Shown: piece by piece, positions 1 through 11,095 of the stretch
Position numbering within the stretch: position 1 is the first letter of the stretch
Layout: each line of letters begins with the position of its first letter
Origin: a virus
Reading direction: 5' to 3' (one strand)
Virus record (IMG/VR): IMGVR_UViG_3300024996_000004
DNA length: 64,000 bases
The notes under the pieces: generated by a model
Told to the model about the DNA's origin: nothing
What the model saw: the letters and a program-made list of their open reading frames with translations, nothing else
The model's database searches: none
Program-made: the position numbers and the translations under genes

Positions 1-1
1 G

Positions 2-742
2 GAAGTAAAAAATGCTTTATACAATGGTAATAATTCTATCGCAGAAACGCTTAAACCTCAATATATGATATTTCACGATTTGATAGAAATGGGCGCAAGA
101 AATCATCATACAGTGCGCAATACACTCGGACAATTTGTAAAGCATTATTTTGATGAACATGATAATGTTGAAAATTCATTACAATATGCAGCAGATTTGT
201 TGGATGAAGTTTCAAAACCGTTTGCACAAAATATTGTTATAAAATCTAATCATGATGAACATCTTGATAGATGGCTTAACGAAATGGAACCAAATATTGA
301 TCCAGAAAATGCTAGATTTTATCATTATCTACGATATCATCAATATAAAGCCGCGCAAGAAAAAAAGAAATTTGATGTATTTGAATTTTGGACAAAGAAT
401 CCAGATCAATATCGCGGAATGGCTAATGACCGTACAAGATTCTTACAACGTGAAGAATCATTTGAATTGAATGATGTAGAATTATCGTTGCATGGAGACT
501 TGGGTGTGAACGGTGCACGAGGATCATTACGAGCACTATCTAGACTGGGACAAAAAATGATTATCGGACATTCACATTCTCCGGGCATCATCCAAGGGAC
601 TTATTATCAAACTGGAACGTCAACACCATTACGTTTGGATTACAATCGTGGAGTGTCAACATGGTTGAACACTGCAGCTATTTTATATCCTGATGGAAAT
701 ATAACATTAATTCATATAATCGATGGTGCTTGGAAACTATAA
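2..742 (+). CDS. Calcineurin-like metallophosphoesterase/nuclease, T5 A1-like (5' end outside the window)
   Basis: Frame is open from base 2. Motifs FHD, SNHD, LHGD..NGARGS and IGHSHSP. Confidence 0.6.
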   Translation, partial: EVKNALYNGNNSIAETLKPQYMIFHDLIEMGARNHHTVRNTLGQFVKHYFDEHDNVENSLQYAADLLDEVSKPFAQNIVIKSNHDEHLDRWLNEMEPNIDPENARFYHYLRYHQYKAAQEKKKFDVFEFWTKNPDQYRGMANDRTRFLQREESFELNDVELSLHGDLGVNGARGSLRALSRLGQKMIIGHSHSPGIIQGTYYQTGTSTPLRLDYNRGVSTWLNTAAILYPDGNITLIHIIDGAWKL

Positions 743-751
743 GAAGAAAGA

Positions 752-1402
752 TTAATCTTTCTTCTTTTTTGCTCCACGAACTTTCTTGACAACTATATCA
801 GCATCATAACCGTCATGGTTTATGAGACTACGTTTTACTTCATCCGCATCATTTTCGGAATCGAACACAGTGTCGATGAGTTTGTTATTTTTGTAAACAT
901 CAAAAGCATTATGAGACTCATTAACAGGTTTTGACCATAATCCTATAAGTTTCTTATAACGCATAATTTGTTTGTTCAATTTATTCCATTTCTCCGATCC
1001 CTTTTCGTAAGATTTTTGAGATTTGGTAGCATCTGAAATATGAGATTGTAAGTTTGCAATTGCTCGTTGAGTTCTTTCATCAAATGATTCATCACTTTCT
1101 TGTAACGATTCTTTAACAGCTTTTTTAATTCTGCGAACAATAATTCTGAAAGGAACACCCGGTTCTTCTTCTCTATATTCACGTCTACGTTGCATAATTT
1201 CTTTTCGTGTAGTCTCGGAGGTTAAGTCTCCCCAACCTTGACCATAATCACCCTGTAAAGTAAATTCATCTTCCGTCTTGCGTTCTCTCGCTTCAAACAA
1301 TGATTTCGATTTTTCTTTGATATAAGCCGCATGAGCAATTTTAGCAGTTTCTAAATCACCATTAGCAACGGATTCAACAAAATTCTTTAAATACTTATTC
1401 AT
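752..1402 (-). CDS. Putative internal head (virion) protein
   Basis: TATAAATA late promoter upstream (1423-1430, minus strand). Multiple hydrophobic-x-E sites (FVE/S, LFE/A, LQE/S, VNE/S). Confidence 0.5.
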   Translation of the reverse strand: MNKYLKNFVESVANGDLETAKIAHAAYIKEKSKSLFEARERKTEDEFTLQGDYGQGWGDLTSETTRKEIMQRRREYREEEPGVPFRIIVRRIKKAVKESLQESDESFDERTQRAIANLQSHISDATKSQKSYEKGSEKWNKLNKQIMRYKKLIGLWSKPVNESHNAFDVYKNNKLIDTVFDSENDADEVKRSLINHDGYDADIVVKKVRGAKKKKD

Positions 1403-1566
1403 AATAATTTCTCAATATGTTATATTTATAGAGAAATTTTAATACTTACGTCATTTCTAGATTCGGACAATTTAATTATCTATTGATTCATTGTCAATGA
1501 CGATTAACGCTGGAAATTCTTTCTTATTAAGACTTCATATAATATTTGAATTTTCATATCATTTAT

Positions 1567-3129
1567 TTATGGATTCTTGACAAACCGAAGTTTCCCAGCA
1601 TCATATATTCGATTAAATCCATGAATATGCATATTCTCGACTTCAGTTAATTTCGGGTCATATGCGTGGAGTTTCTTTTTTAAATTCTTGTGTCGCCAGT
1701 TAAATTTGTGTTGACGTTCATAATGTTGTCCACATTTTATAATCCATGAATAATCAGGATTAAGTATTTTATCCACAGTAAATCCATTTTTATAATACAA
1801 ATCTCCATTGCTCCACATTAGATCAGCAAAGGTTATAATCTTTGGATAATTATATTTCGTTTCAAAATGTTTTAATAATTTTGAAAACCCTCCGACAACA
1901 TGACATGATGTTGCATATCTATTTAAGGTATAATAATTGTTATTCTTAATAAATCCCATAACGGCGACCAACTCATCGTTATGATATAATCCATAATTAA
2001 TAGAACTTGGACCATTGCCTTGAATATGATATTTGTTGAAGAATGCTATTTTAGTTTCTGGTTCAACATTTTTAATGGTTGTTTTACGTGCAAATATTTT
2101 TGGTAAATTCGATTTTCCTAAAATGTGAAGGAGTTTGGTTTTGATAATATCATTTTTTAGAATCCAATCATCTTCAAATATTTGAAGTAATTTAATTCCA
2201 TTTTTTGCAACTAAATCATGTTTTCTTTTATGATAATTTTTGTCTTTAAATGCATCAGAATGCCAATACATTCCATTAAATTCTATAGCAATCTTATGAG
2301 AAGGAATGTATATATCTATCTCATAAGGATTTATAATTTTTCTTGTATTTGTTATACATTTAAAGTTATTGGCCTCTATAAAGTTAACAACATCCTGTTC
2401 GAGTCCAGATGAAGGCAATATGATTATTTTTATACCAAATTCTTTCATTCTTCGTGCAACGGTGCTTCCACTAACATCGAGTATTTTAGATATTTTTTTA
2501 ACAGACAATCTGTTAATTTTGTGTTGAGTTTCTAACCATTCTTTATCTTTAAGAAGTTTTATAGACTTTGCTGGATAATGTTTTTTAACTTCATAATCAT
2601 GCCCCTTTAAAGGAATGTTATATTTTTTCAACCGTAATGCAATAAGTTTTCTATTGATTCCATATTTCTTTTCAATAGCGATCATACTAAGATCATTATC
2701 AATGTATTGTTCATAAAGCCATTTTGGATCATCTAATTTCATTATGGTATCGGATGACATATTTCTTTGGACTTGTATTTTGTGACTTATTAAAGGGATA
2801 TTAAACCGTTTTAACTGTCGTCTTAAAGAACCTCTATCAAACTTGAGGATTTTTGATATTTCTGTTAGTGATAATTTTTCTATATGATATTTGGCATATA
2901 ACCAATCTCTGTCGTTTATTAAAGCTAATGTGTTTTCATCTATATGATTTGTTCGTATAGCTGTTAAAGGCAAAGTAGCTATTTCGTGCAAATCTAAATA
3001 TCTTTTTATAGTATTTGTGCTAACTCCTAATTCTTTAGCTATATCAGTTTGATTCTTCTTTCGAATAATATATTGATCATATAACCAAGCTCTATCTTTT
3101 AGACACGTTTTTGCTATTTTTAATGACAT
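1567..3129 (-). mobile_element. Free-standing Hef-like PD-(D/E)XK homing endonuclease with tandem N-terminal HTH repeats
   Basis: Four ~57-aa repeats (D..WLY..Y.....S...I.K.L). Nuclease motif EIDIYIPSHKIAIEFNGMYWHS and typical C-terminal domain. ATG 3129 is the preferred start. Confidence 0.75.
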
Positions 3130-3224
3130 GATTAACTTAACTATTTTCTCAAAGATAACATGGAACATAATTAAATTCAAGAACAATTATATAACATAAA
3201 TATTTAAATAATAAACGATTTATC

Positions 3225-4817
3225 ATGGCAAGAAACCCAAAAGTTAAAAAGCCTTTTCAACAAACTGAATATACTAAAGAAATGATCGAAGAAATACGCA
3301 AATGTATGCTCGATCCTGTATATTTTGCGAATAATTATGTTTATATTTTGCATCCTGTTAAAGGTAAAATAAAATTTAAGCTTTACGATTATCAAATAGA
3401 AATGATGAGAGCTTATCAAAATAATCGTTGGTGCATATCTAAGGTATGTAGGCAGGCTGGTAAGACTGAATTAACAGCGACCTTCCTCATATGGCGAGCA
3501 TTATTTTTTTCTGATCAGACAATTCTTGTAGCTGCAAACAAATTAAGTAATGCCATGGAAATCATGAGCAGAATAAAAGGCGTCTATGAAGAACTTCCAG
3601 ATTGGATAAAATGTGGTATCGATGAATCACAATATAACAAGACTGCTATAGCATTCGAAAATGGTTCTAAGATAATGGCACAAGCTACGTCAGCTAACAC
3701 AGGTCGTGGTTATTCTATATCTACATTATATGTTGACGAAATGGCTCACATTGGAGCAACATCTGAAAGTGGGCCAAATCTAGCATTACAAAATGCTTTT
3801 TGGGCGTCTATCTTACCTATCTTATCAACGGGTGGTAATTTATGTTGCACTAGCACTCCAAATGGTGACAATGATTTATTTGCAACATTATGGCGTGGCG
3901 CAGTAGCTGGAACAAACCCATTTAAATACGTTGAAGTAGATTGGGAACAAGTTCCGCGAGATGTTAGTAAAGAAGAATTTATGCGAGATACCATAGCTCT
4001 TATCGGTGAAAGAAAGTTTAGGCAAGAATATAAATGTGAATTCATTTCTTCGGCACATACATTATTTGATAGTTTAGTCATATCTCAAGCCAAAGTTTCA
4101 GTACTTCCTGTTGTTGCACAAATTGGGGAATTGTATAATCAAGAATTTTGGAGAATTCCTAATACAAACAATACTTATATCGTTGGTGTCGATCCTTCAC
4201 AAGGAAGTGGTGGAGATTATTCTGTAATAGAAGTTTATGAATTTCCATCAATGGTACAGGTGGCAGAATATAGAACTAATGAACAATCGCCAGCAACATT
4301 GTATTCATATTTAAAATCTTTGTTAAAGTTTTTGGAAAATCATTCGAATCAAGTGTATTATTCGGTAGAAAATAATGCTTTGGGACAAGCTATCGTAGCA
4401 TTATATGAAGCTGATGTTAATCCATTAGAGAAAGCTATATTCATGTCAGAAGAAGGCAAGGATACATTAGGATATAATTCTAATATTAAAACGAAAGGTA
4501 AATCTTTAGTATCTTTTAAGGAATTATTTGAACGTGGTCAAATAAAAATAAATTCTATAACTTTATTAAATGAAATGACAACCTTAATTCGAAAAGATAA
4601 TACATTTAAAGCACAAACAGGAGCGACTGATGACTGTGTATTTGCTACGTTGATTGTTATTAGAATTATAGAAGATATGGCATCATTTGACGTAAATGCT
4701 TATAATAAGTTACACTCTTTCCAAAATGTAACCATAGAAAATTGGGATTATACTCCCACAGAAACAGAATCCGATGAAGATTTTGATTATGGATATATGC
4801 CCATTTCATCAGGCTAA
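3225..4817 (+). CDS. terL: Terminase large subunit (T4 gp17-like)
   Basis: LYDYQ, Walker A RQAGKT, Walker B LYVDE, STPNG, nuclease GVDPS and DDCV. Confidence 0.95.
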   Translation: MARNPKVKKPFQQTEYTKEMIEEIRKCMLDPVYFANNYVYILHPVKGKIKFKLYDYQIEMMRAYQNNRWCISKVCRQAGKTELTATFLIWRALFFSDQTILVAANKLSNAMEIMSRIKGVYEELPDWIKCGIDESQYNKTAIAFENGSKIMAQATSANTGRGYSISTLYVDEMAHIGATSESGPNLALQNAFWASILPILSTGGNLCCTSTPNGDNDLFATLWRGAVAGTNPFKYVEVDWEQVPRDVSKEEFMRDTIALIGERKFRQEYKCEFISSAHTLFDSLVISQAKVSVLPVVAQIGELYNQEFWRIPNTNNTYIVGVDPSQGSGGDYSVIEVYEFPSMVQVAEYRTNEQSPATLYSYLKSLLKFLENHSNQVYYSVENNALGQAIVALYEADVNPLEKAIFMSEEGKDTLGYNSNIKTKGKSLVSFKELFERGQIKINSITLLNEMTTLIRKDNTFKAQTGATDDCVFATLIVIRIIEDMASFDVNAYNKLHSFQNVTIENWDYTPTETESDEDFDYGYMPISSG

Positions 4818-4845
4818 TCATAAATATTAAAAACTGGAATACATT

Positions 4846-5364
4846 GTGAATCATTACGAATTGTTGTTTGAACTTAGTTATTTCGATCTTGAAGGTCGAA
4901 CTAAAAATATCATGGGACCAGAACGTGATAATAAAGCTAATAGAGTTCAATTACAAAACTTCACTTACATACCGATGATGAATAATAATGCTTTAAAAAT
5001 AGCATCTAATACAACATCCAATAATGGTCATGATTATTGGACTACATTATTATTCAGTAATATTGAATATTTGGATGCTGCACAACCAGATAGTTTTAGT
5101 TTCAAAGGTTCTGATAATGCAGAGTATTTTATCAAACGAGTACAACCTAGCACTAATGTAAAAGTTAATTGTTCTTGTTTAGATTTCCATTATAGATTTT
5201 CAGTTTGGGATGACAAATTTAAAGCATTGGATGGACAACCACCACCTCCATATATAAGAAAAACTCAAAATAGACCGGAAGTAAATCCAATGAAAACGCC
5301 GGGATTATGCAAACATATTATCAAGATCATGAATGATCTGAAAGCACAACATTTCTTTTCTTAA
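4846..5364 (+). CDS. SWIM-type zinc-finger protein (late)
   Basis: CSCLDF...CKH motif. ATAAATA upstream. Confidence 0.55.
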   Translation: MNHYELLFELSYFDLEGRTKNIMGPERDNKANRVQLQNFTYIPMMNNNALKIASNTTSNNGHDYWTTLLFSNIEYLDAAQPDSFSFKGSDNAEYFIKRVQPSTNVKVNCSCLDFHYRFSVWDDKFKALDGQPPPPYIRKTQNRPEVNPMKTPGLCKHIIKIMNDLKAQHFFS

Positions 5365-5367
5365 GTA

Positions 5368-5396
5368 TTGACAATTAATTCTTAATAGTTCATAAT
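5368..5396 (+). promoter_or_regulatory. sigma70-type promoter for the ssb/uvsX operon
   Basis: TTGACA-N17-CATAAT. Confidence 0.65.
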
Positions 5397-5514
5397 TCGT
5401 TCATCATTTTCAATAGATGATAAATAGATTTGATTGAAAAAGTTTTCAATCATTTTTTATTAGATTAGTAACATTCAGACGATTATTATTATTATTATAT
5501 TAGGAGATTATCAG

Positions 5515-6489
5515 ATGAAACCAGCATTAGAAGCATTAAAAGCACGTTTTAAAGAGTTAGAAGATAAGAAGAACGAAAATCACGGCAATCGTGGTAATTT
5601 CGGAGATATGTATCCCTTCTGGAACATTAAAGAAGGTGAAGATGAAAAGGCCATCGTTCGCATGGTTCCTTACAAAGACATGCCAGATACTGCAGTATCC
5701 CCATTTATAGATAAGATGGAACATGTTCTAAGTATTAATGGCGAAGATAGAAAAATTCCATGTCGCAGAATGTATGATGAAGAATGTCCTATATGTGTGT
5801 TATCTCAAAAATATTACAGATCAGAAGGTAAAACCTCTGAAAAAGGTAAATATTATTGGAGAGACAAGAAAAGCATAGGTCAAGCCTATGTAGTTAAAGA
5901 CCCACTTCCTGCCGATGAAGCTACGGGTGAAAATGATCAAGGAAAATTGAAAATTGTCCAATTTGGCAACCAACTTTCTCAAAAGTATGAAAAGAGTCTC
6001 AAAGCTCTTTTGAATGAAGGTGAAATCGATGAATTGCCATGGGCGCTAAAGGGTGGTTTAAATTTCCGTATTGTAAAAGATTTGCAAGGTGGTCATGCGA
6101 AGTATGATATGTCTAGTTCATTCTCCACAAAAGCCACTGATCTTCCAGATCATATCATTGAAAATTTTGAACCTGTAGATTTAACAAAATATCTTCCAGT
6201 CGATCCGGGCCTTGAAAAGGTTCAACGAATGTTAGATGCTCATCTTTCTGGAGAAGATTATGAAGATGATGGTGAGAATACTACAGAATCTAAGCCATCT
6301 GTTTCTGATGAGAAGGAAACGACAACTCCTGTAAAAGAAAAGCAAACCAAGAAAACAACAAAAGCTGTTGATAAAGATGTCGAAGAAACTCATGAAACTT
6401 CGAGTAAAGTGAGTGCCGAGGAAGAAGTCGATCAAGAAGAGTTGGACTTCGTTGAAAAGCTACGTCGTAGAGCTAGAGCATCATCTTAA
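5515..6489 (+). CDS. Single-stranded DNA-binding protein (T4 gp32-like)
   Basis: YPFWN, C-x7-CPIC zinc site, G.NFRI.K, acidic tail; directly upstream of uvsX. Confidence 0.85.
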   Translation: MKPALEALKARFKELEDKKNENHGNRGNFGDMYPFWNIKEGEDEKAIVRMVPYKDMPDTAVSPFIDKMEHVLSINGEDRKIPCRRMYDEECPICVLSQKYYRSEGKTSEKGKYYWRDKKSIGQAYVVKDPLPADEATGENDQGKLKIVQFGNQLSQKYEKSLKALLNEGEIDELPWALKGGLNFRIVKDLQGGHAKYDMSSSFSTKATDLPDHIIENFEPVDLTKYLPVDPGLEKVQRMLDAHLSGEDYEDDGENTTESKPSVSDEKETTTPVKEKQTKKTTKAVDKDVEETHETSSKVSAEEEVDQEELDFVEKLRRRARASS

Positions 6490-6521
6490 TTTTTATGATG
6501 TAATGTTAGATAAGCAATAAT

Positions 6522-6549
6522 ATAAAATGGGACATATGTCCCATTTTAT
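6522..6549 (+). terminator. Intrinsic terminator hairpin
   Basis: ATAAAATGGGAC-ATAT-GTCCCATTTTAT. Confidence 0.7.
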
Positions 6550-6576
6550 TTAAAAATAATAATTATAGGAATTAAT

Positions 6577-7695
6577 ATGAGCATATTTGAAAAATTTAAA
6601 AAAGAGTTAAACAAAGCTAGTGAAAAAGCTGGTATTCCAACAAAAAATCCACCACCAGAGTTTTTTATTGATACTGGAAATTATCTATTAAACAAAATTA
6701 TTTCTGGAAAATATGATAGAGGTTGGGCGCAAGGTCGATTAGGTGCTATTGGAGGTCCATCAGGAGCAGGTAAAAGCTTCTTAATAGGCAATGCAATTAA
6801 AGCTGCTCAAGATCAAGGATGTGCTATTTTTATTTTAGATTCAGAAAATGCATTAGATGAAACTTACCTATCAGCATTAGGTGTTGATGTTAATGCAGAT
6901 AATTTCTTTTATAGAAGTGTCACTACTATAGAACAAGCTGTATCAGAAGTATCAGCATTTACTAAATTATACAGAGAACTTGGAATGACTGATAGAGTAT
7001 TTTTTGCTGTTGATTCATTAGACATGTTAATGACAGCATCTCAAAAATCACATTATGAAAAAGGCGAGACTGCGGGTGATCAAGGTCAACAAGTTAAGCA
7101 AATGAAAGATATGCTTAAATCGTGGACTCAAGATTTTAAAACTCTCCCATTCGTTATGTTGTGTTCGAAACAAGTATATAAAGAACAAGATCGTATCGCA
7201 GCATTATCAATGCCATACGTGTTCACTGACGGAATTCGTTTTGCATTCTCACAAATTTTAATGATTACTAAATTGATGCTCAAAAGTGATGATGTTGAAG
7301 GAACAAAGAAAGGTAAAAATTCTACAAAATATGCAGGTATTGTGTTAAAGGCTTTAGGATTCAAAACACGTTTTACAAAGCCATTTCAACAGGTTAAGGT
7401 GCAAGTGCCATGGGATGAAGGAATGGACCGTTTCTCGGGCTTATTGGAAGCTGCTGAAGCCGTTGGAGTAGTACAGAAGAATGGCGGTTGGTATTTATTT
7501 GGAGATAAAAAGTTTCAAAAGAATAGTTTTTCACAATATCAAGATGAAATATTAGCTATTTTGATTGAACGTGATGATGAAACCATTGATGTTGAAATTG
7601 TGGAGAAGGATGCACCAGCCGATACTACAACTAATGAACGTAAAGCAAAAATAATTAAAACTTTACAAGAAGGCTTTCAAGAATCGGACGATTAA
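6577..7695 (+). CDS. uvsX: UvsX RecA-like recombinase
   Basis: IDTG, Walker A GPSGAGKS, LDSENA, VDSL, KTRF.KPF, GGWY. Confidence 0.92.
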   Translation: MSIFEKFKKELNKASEKAGIPTKNPPPEFFIDTGNYLLNKIISGKYDRGWAQGRLGAIGGPSGAGKSFLIGNAIKAAQDQGCAIFILDSENALDETYLSALGVDVNADNFFYRSVTTIEQAVSEVSAFTKLYRELGMTDRVFFAVDSLDMLMTASQKSHYEKGETAGDQGQQVKQMKDMLKSWTQDFKTLPFVMLCSKQVYKEQDRIAALSMPYVFTDGIRFAFSQILMITKLMLKSDDVEGTKKGKNSTKYAGIVLKALGFKTRFTKPFQQVKVQVPWDEGMDRFSGLLEAAEAVGVVQKNGGWYLFGDKKFQKNSFSQYQDEILAILIERDDETIDVEIVEKDAPADTTTNERKAKIIKTLQEGFQESDD

Positions 7696-7698
7696 TAC

Positions 7699-8265
7699 AT
7701 GATTAAACAACTTTTGGAAGAACGCAGTTTGAGTTATAGTTTGTTAACTAATAAAATTTTAGAAATTTATAATGAAAAATTCATTAATGCTCTAAAATTG
7801 TATATGAAAGTTGATAGAGAAATAAAAATTGAAATGATAGATTTTTATCCCGATAATCACAATTTTATTGTCAATATGATAAACATAAAATTTGCTATTG
7901 GTGATAAGGTTGTTACAGCATCAAATGATTTCCGCGTTCTTACTAAAGAAAATATTGATTCATTTGTATCAGAACCTTTAAGCATAGTTTTGCCAATAAA
8001 AACATTGACAAAAGGTGATTCACAGGAAATATTTGATAAATTGCAAGAAATAGATGAGTTTATTTTAAAACATTCCATAGAGAACTTACATCGTTGTATC
8101 AAATTGGGTATATCCGATTTTGATGAATTAACTAACGACGAACAGTATTCTACGATACTAGAAAAACTAACTGATCCTACAGATGATATCATAAAAACAC
8201 TTGATCCTTTACAAATAGCGCAATATGCGATATTCTGCAAAGATGAAACGAAGGTGATACATTGA
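7699..8265 (+). CDS. Hypothetical protein
   Basis: Tightly packed ORF in the recombination operon. Confidence 0.6.
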   Translation: MIKQLLEERSLSYSLLTNKILEIYNEKFINALKLYMKVDREIKIEMIDFYPDNHNFIVNMINIKFAIGDKVVTASNDFRVLTKENIDSFVSEPLSIVLPIKTLTKGDSQEIFDKLQEIDEFILKHSIENLHRCIKLGISDFDELTNDEQYSTILEKLTDPTDDIIKTLDPLQIAQYAIFCKDETKVIH

Positions 8266-8729
8266 AAATATTAAGGAAATTAAGAAATGACAATATTGAT
8301 GATTTCATTGATCCTATACTCGATGAGTTTGACGTAAAAATAAAAGATTATAAAAAAGATTTAAATCTTAGCAAAAAGAACATCAAAAATGCCAACATTG
8401 AACAAGCTTCATTATTGGCATATTATGATGAAATCCGAGTTGATCTTAAAATGTTGCTAGAACATTATGAAATGCGTGTGAAGCAAGTTCGTAGCGAAGC
8501 TTTGAAATTGATTCGTAATCATGGTTCATATGATAAAACTTCAACAGAAGTGGAAAAGATTATTGATTCTGATGCAAATTATTTAAAATATAAACGTATC
8601 TATAATGATGTATTAGAAATGTATACGCTATTAACATCCATATCCGATCAATTTAAAAGTCGTGCATATACTTTGAATAATCTTGTGAAAATATATGCTG
8701 CACAGTTAGAGGATATTACTCTTGAGTAA
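8262..8729 (+). CDS. uvsY: UvsY recombination mediator
   Basis: Helical ~155-aa protein with 'EKIIDSD' and 'FKSRAYTLNNLVK'; lies between uvsX and uvsW. Confidence 0.75.
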   Translation: MKILRKLRNDNIDDFIDPILDEFDVKIKDYKKDLNLSKKNIKNANIEQASLLAYYDEIRVDLKMLLEHYEMRVKQVRSEALKLIRNHGSYDKTSTEVEKIIDSDANYLKYKRIYNDVLEMYTLLTSISDQFKSRAYTLNNLVKIYAAQLEDITLE

Positions 8730-10206
8730 AAAAGCCATAGTAAAAATATTGGATGAAGTCAATTGTGTTATTATAGGAATTGATGATAAAGATCACAAAT
8801 ATTTTAAAACCAAATATTCACCTTTAGCCGAAGGATATTTTTTTAGTAAAAAATATAAATTGGGAGTATGGGATGGAACTATCTCATTTTATTCCAAAGC
8901 TGGAAAAACCTACGTTCAATTATTGGATGAAATTGTTCCAGAATTGATGAAACGTGGTTATAAAATAGAACTGATTGATAATCGTGAGTCATTTACATTA
9001 AATGTCCCAGAAATTGATAAAGATTATTTTAGTGATAATAATATTGAATTGGGTAAACATCAAGTAGATGCAGTAAACTCTATCATTAGAAATAATGGTG
9101 GCATTATTGTTGCTGCTACTGGGGCAGGTAAATCGTGGTGTGTGGCGGCATTAGCTGACTCCTATTATAAAGCATATGGATTTAAAGTTATTATTATTGT
9201 TCCAAGTGCCGATTTGATTGAACAGGGTGTTGAAGATTTTTTGGGATTGGGATTAGATGTCGGTCAATATAGTGGTGATACTAAAGACTTAGATCATCCT
9301 ATTATTATAAGCACATGGCAAAGCTTACAGAACAATCCAACTTTAGTGGGGATGTATCATGTAGCTATAGTCGATGAGTGCCACGGAACGAAAGGAAACG
9401 TATTAAAAGACATATTGAATAATTATGGTTCACATCTTTATGTTAGAATAGGAGTTACTGGTACATTACCTAAAGCCCCGGTTGATGCTATGTCAGTTAA
9501 AGTGACATTAGGAACACCACAATACATTATTACTGCGAAAGAATTAATTGATATGGGTTGGTTGGCTAAAATAAAGATTATCATTTTGGAATTGGAAGAA
9601 AATAAAAAAGCTGAATACGCTGCATGGAAAGTTAAATTTCCAGACGAAGCCGAACAATATACATATAAACAATTTTTACAAAAACTTTATCCTGATTATG
9701 ATTCTGAAAAGAGATATTTGAATACTTCTACAAAACGTATAGAATTTATTCAAGATGCAGTAAAGATTAATAGATTAAAAGATAAAGGTAATACACTTAT
9801 TCTCGTCAATGGTGTAGATGTAGGAAAGAAAATAGCTGAAGAAATTGAAGGATCACATTTTCTTTATGGTATGGACAAGAAAGCTTTTAGAAAAGAAATA
9901 TATAATCTATTCAAAGATCATGATGATATAGTGGTTATTGCTACATCACAGTTAGCATCAACCGGGTTGAATATTCCTCGAATATTTCATCTATATCTAG
10001 TAGACATTGGTAAATCTTACATAAGAGTTATTCAATCTATTGGTAGAGGATTGAGAAAGGCACACGACAAAGATTTTATTAATGTTGTTGACATTTCAAG
10101 TAATTTAAAGTATAGTAAAGAGCATCAAAATAAGCGCATTTTGCACTATAAAGAAGCTGGATATCCTTTTTCTAAAAACAAAATCGCATATACAAAAGGA
10201 TCATAA
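8722..10206 (+). CDS. uvsW: UvsW SF2 DNA helicase
   Basis: WDG.I, ATGAGKS, DECH, TGT, STGLNIP, QSIGRGLR. Confidence 0.92.
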   Translation: MSKKAIVKILDEVNCVIIGIDDKDHKYFKTKYSPLAEGYFFSKKYKLGVWDGTISFYSKAGKTYVQLLDEIVPELMKRGYKIELIDNRESFTLNVPEIDKDYFSDNNIELGKHQVDAVNSIIRNNGGIIVAATGAGKSWCVAALADSYYKAYGFKVIIIVPSADLIEQGVEDFLGLGLDVGQYSGDTKDLDHPIIISTWQSLQNNPTLVGMYHVAIVDECHGTKGNVLKDILNNYGSHLYVRIGVTGTLPKAPVDAMSVKVTLGTPQYIITAKELIDMGWLAKIKIIILELEENKKAEYAAWKVKFPDEAEQYTYKQFLQKLYPDYDSEKRYLNTSTKRIEFIQDAVKINRLKDKGNTLILVNGVDVGKKIAEEIEGSHFLYGMDKKAFRKEIYNLFKDHDDIVVIATSQLASTGLNIPRIFHLYLVDIGKSYIRVIQSIGRGLRKAHDKDFINVVDISSNLKYSKEHQNKRILHYKEAGYPFSKNKIAYTKGS

Positions 10207-10694
10207 TGGTAATTTCAGACGAAAATTCGTTTCCTATAATTATTGACAATATTACAACACCATTAACTATGGATTATTTTTGGGTGTTAGATTTAGAGCA
10301 ACGCGATTTTATGTTGACTAAATTGGAAACTTTAGAAGAACACACGACTCCCGTAATTGTCCTTAATATATTAGGTTATATTGTGGAAGTTCCTGCTAAT
10401 TGGAACATTTTAGTATATTCAAAAGAAACTTCACAATTGGAAATTGCTGAAATATCTGAAATTCTTAGAGGAAGTTTTACCGCTTTCGTTTTTGATCATA
10501 AGAAAGGAGTAAATATTCCCGGATATATAAAAGGTATCCATTATTATCCACGATGGCAAATACATACTCCATCATTAAACAAATATCAAATGTTGTGTCA
10601 TCATTTAGGTGAAAAATATTGGATATGTGTTTCACCCATAGATAATTATAATAAGTACTTAAAGGGTACTGCTATAGGCGATATATTACCTTAA
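10206..10694 (+). CDS. Conserved hypothetical protein (uvsW-linked)
   Basis: TAATG translational coupling to uvsW. Confidence 0.6.
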   Translation: MVISDENSFPIIIDNITTPLTMDYFWVLDLEQRDFMLTKLETLEEHTTPVIVLNILGYIVEVPANWNILVYSKETSQLEIAEISEILRGSFTAFVFDHKKGVNIPGYIKGIHYYPRWQIHTPSLNKYQMLCHHLGEKYWICVSPIDNYNKYLKGTAIGDILP

Positions 10695-10707
10695 TAGAGA
10701 TATACGT

Positions 10708-11088
10708 ATGACAGCTAAAAAAAGAACATCAAAAGCATCTTCAGTTATTCCAGAAATGACTATTCAAGAATTTAAAATATGGATTAAAGGGTTATCAGCA
10801 TTTCAAGATGAAGGATGGTATCCCAACAAACTGCAATGGGATCATATTATGAAACTCATTGATAATTTAATAGTACAAGAGTCAACAGTTACAGTTTCAA
10901 CACCATATTTTCCTAATGCTGAAACAATTAGAGATTCAGTTACTAATCAACAAATGACATATACAGGAGAACCTGAAACTGCATTACCAATGCAGGCACC
11001 AGCCCCTCGATTTCAATCCCAACCAGTCAGTCGCAAACCTGCAGCATCCGTACAAGAACCATTTGCAGGAAAATCAGATTTTATTTGA
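10708..11088 (+). CDS. Hypothetical protein
   Basis: ORF in operon; 'FKIWIKG..W.P...QW' motif. Confidence 0.55.
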   Translation: MTAKKRTSKASSVIPEMTIQEFKIWIKGLSAFQDEGWYPNKLQWDHIMKLIDNLIVQESTVTVSTPYFPNAETIRDSVTNQQMTYTGEPETALPMQAPAPRFQSQPVSRKPAASVQEPFAGKSDFI

Positions 11089-11095
11089 TAAATTT

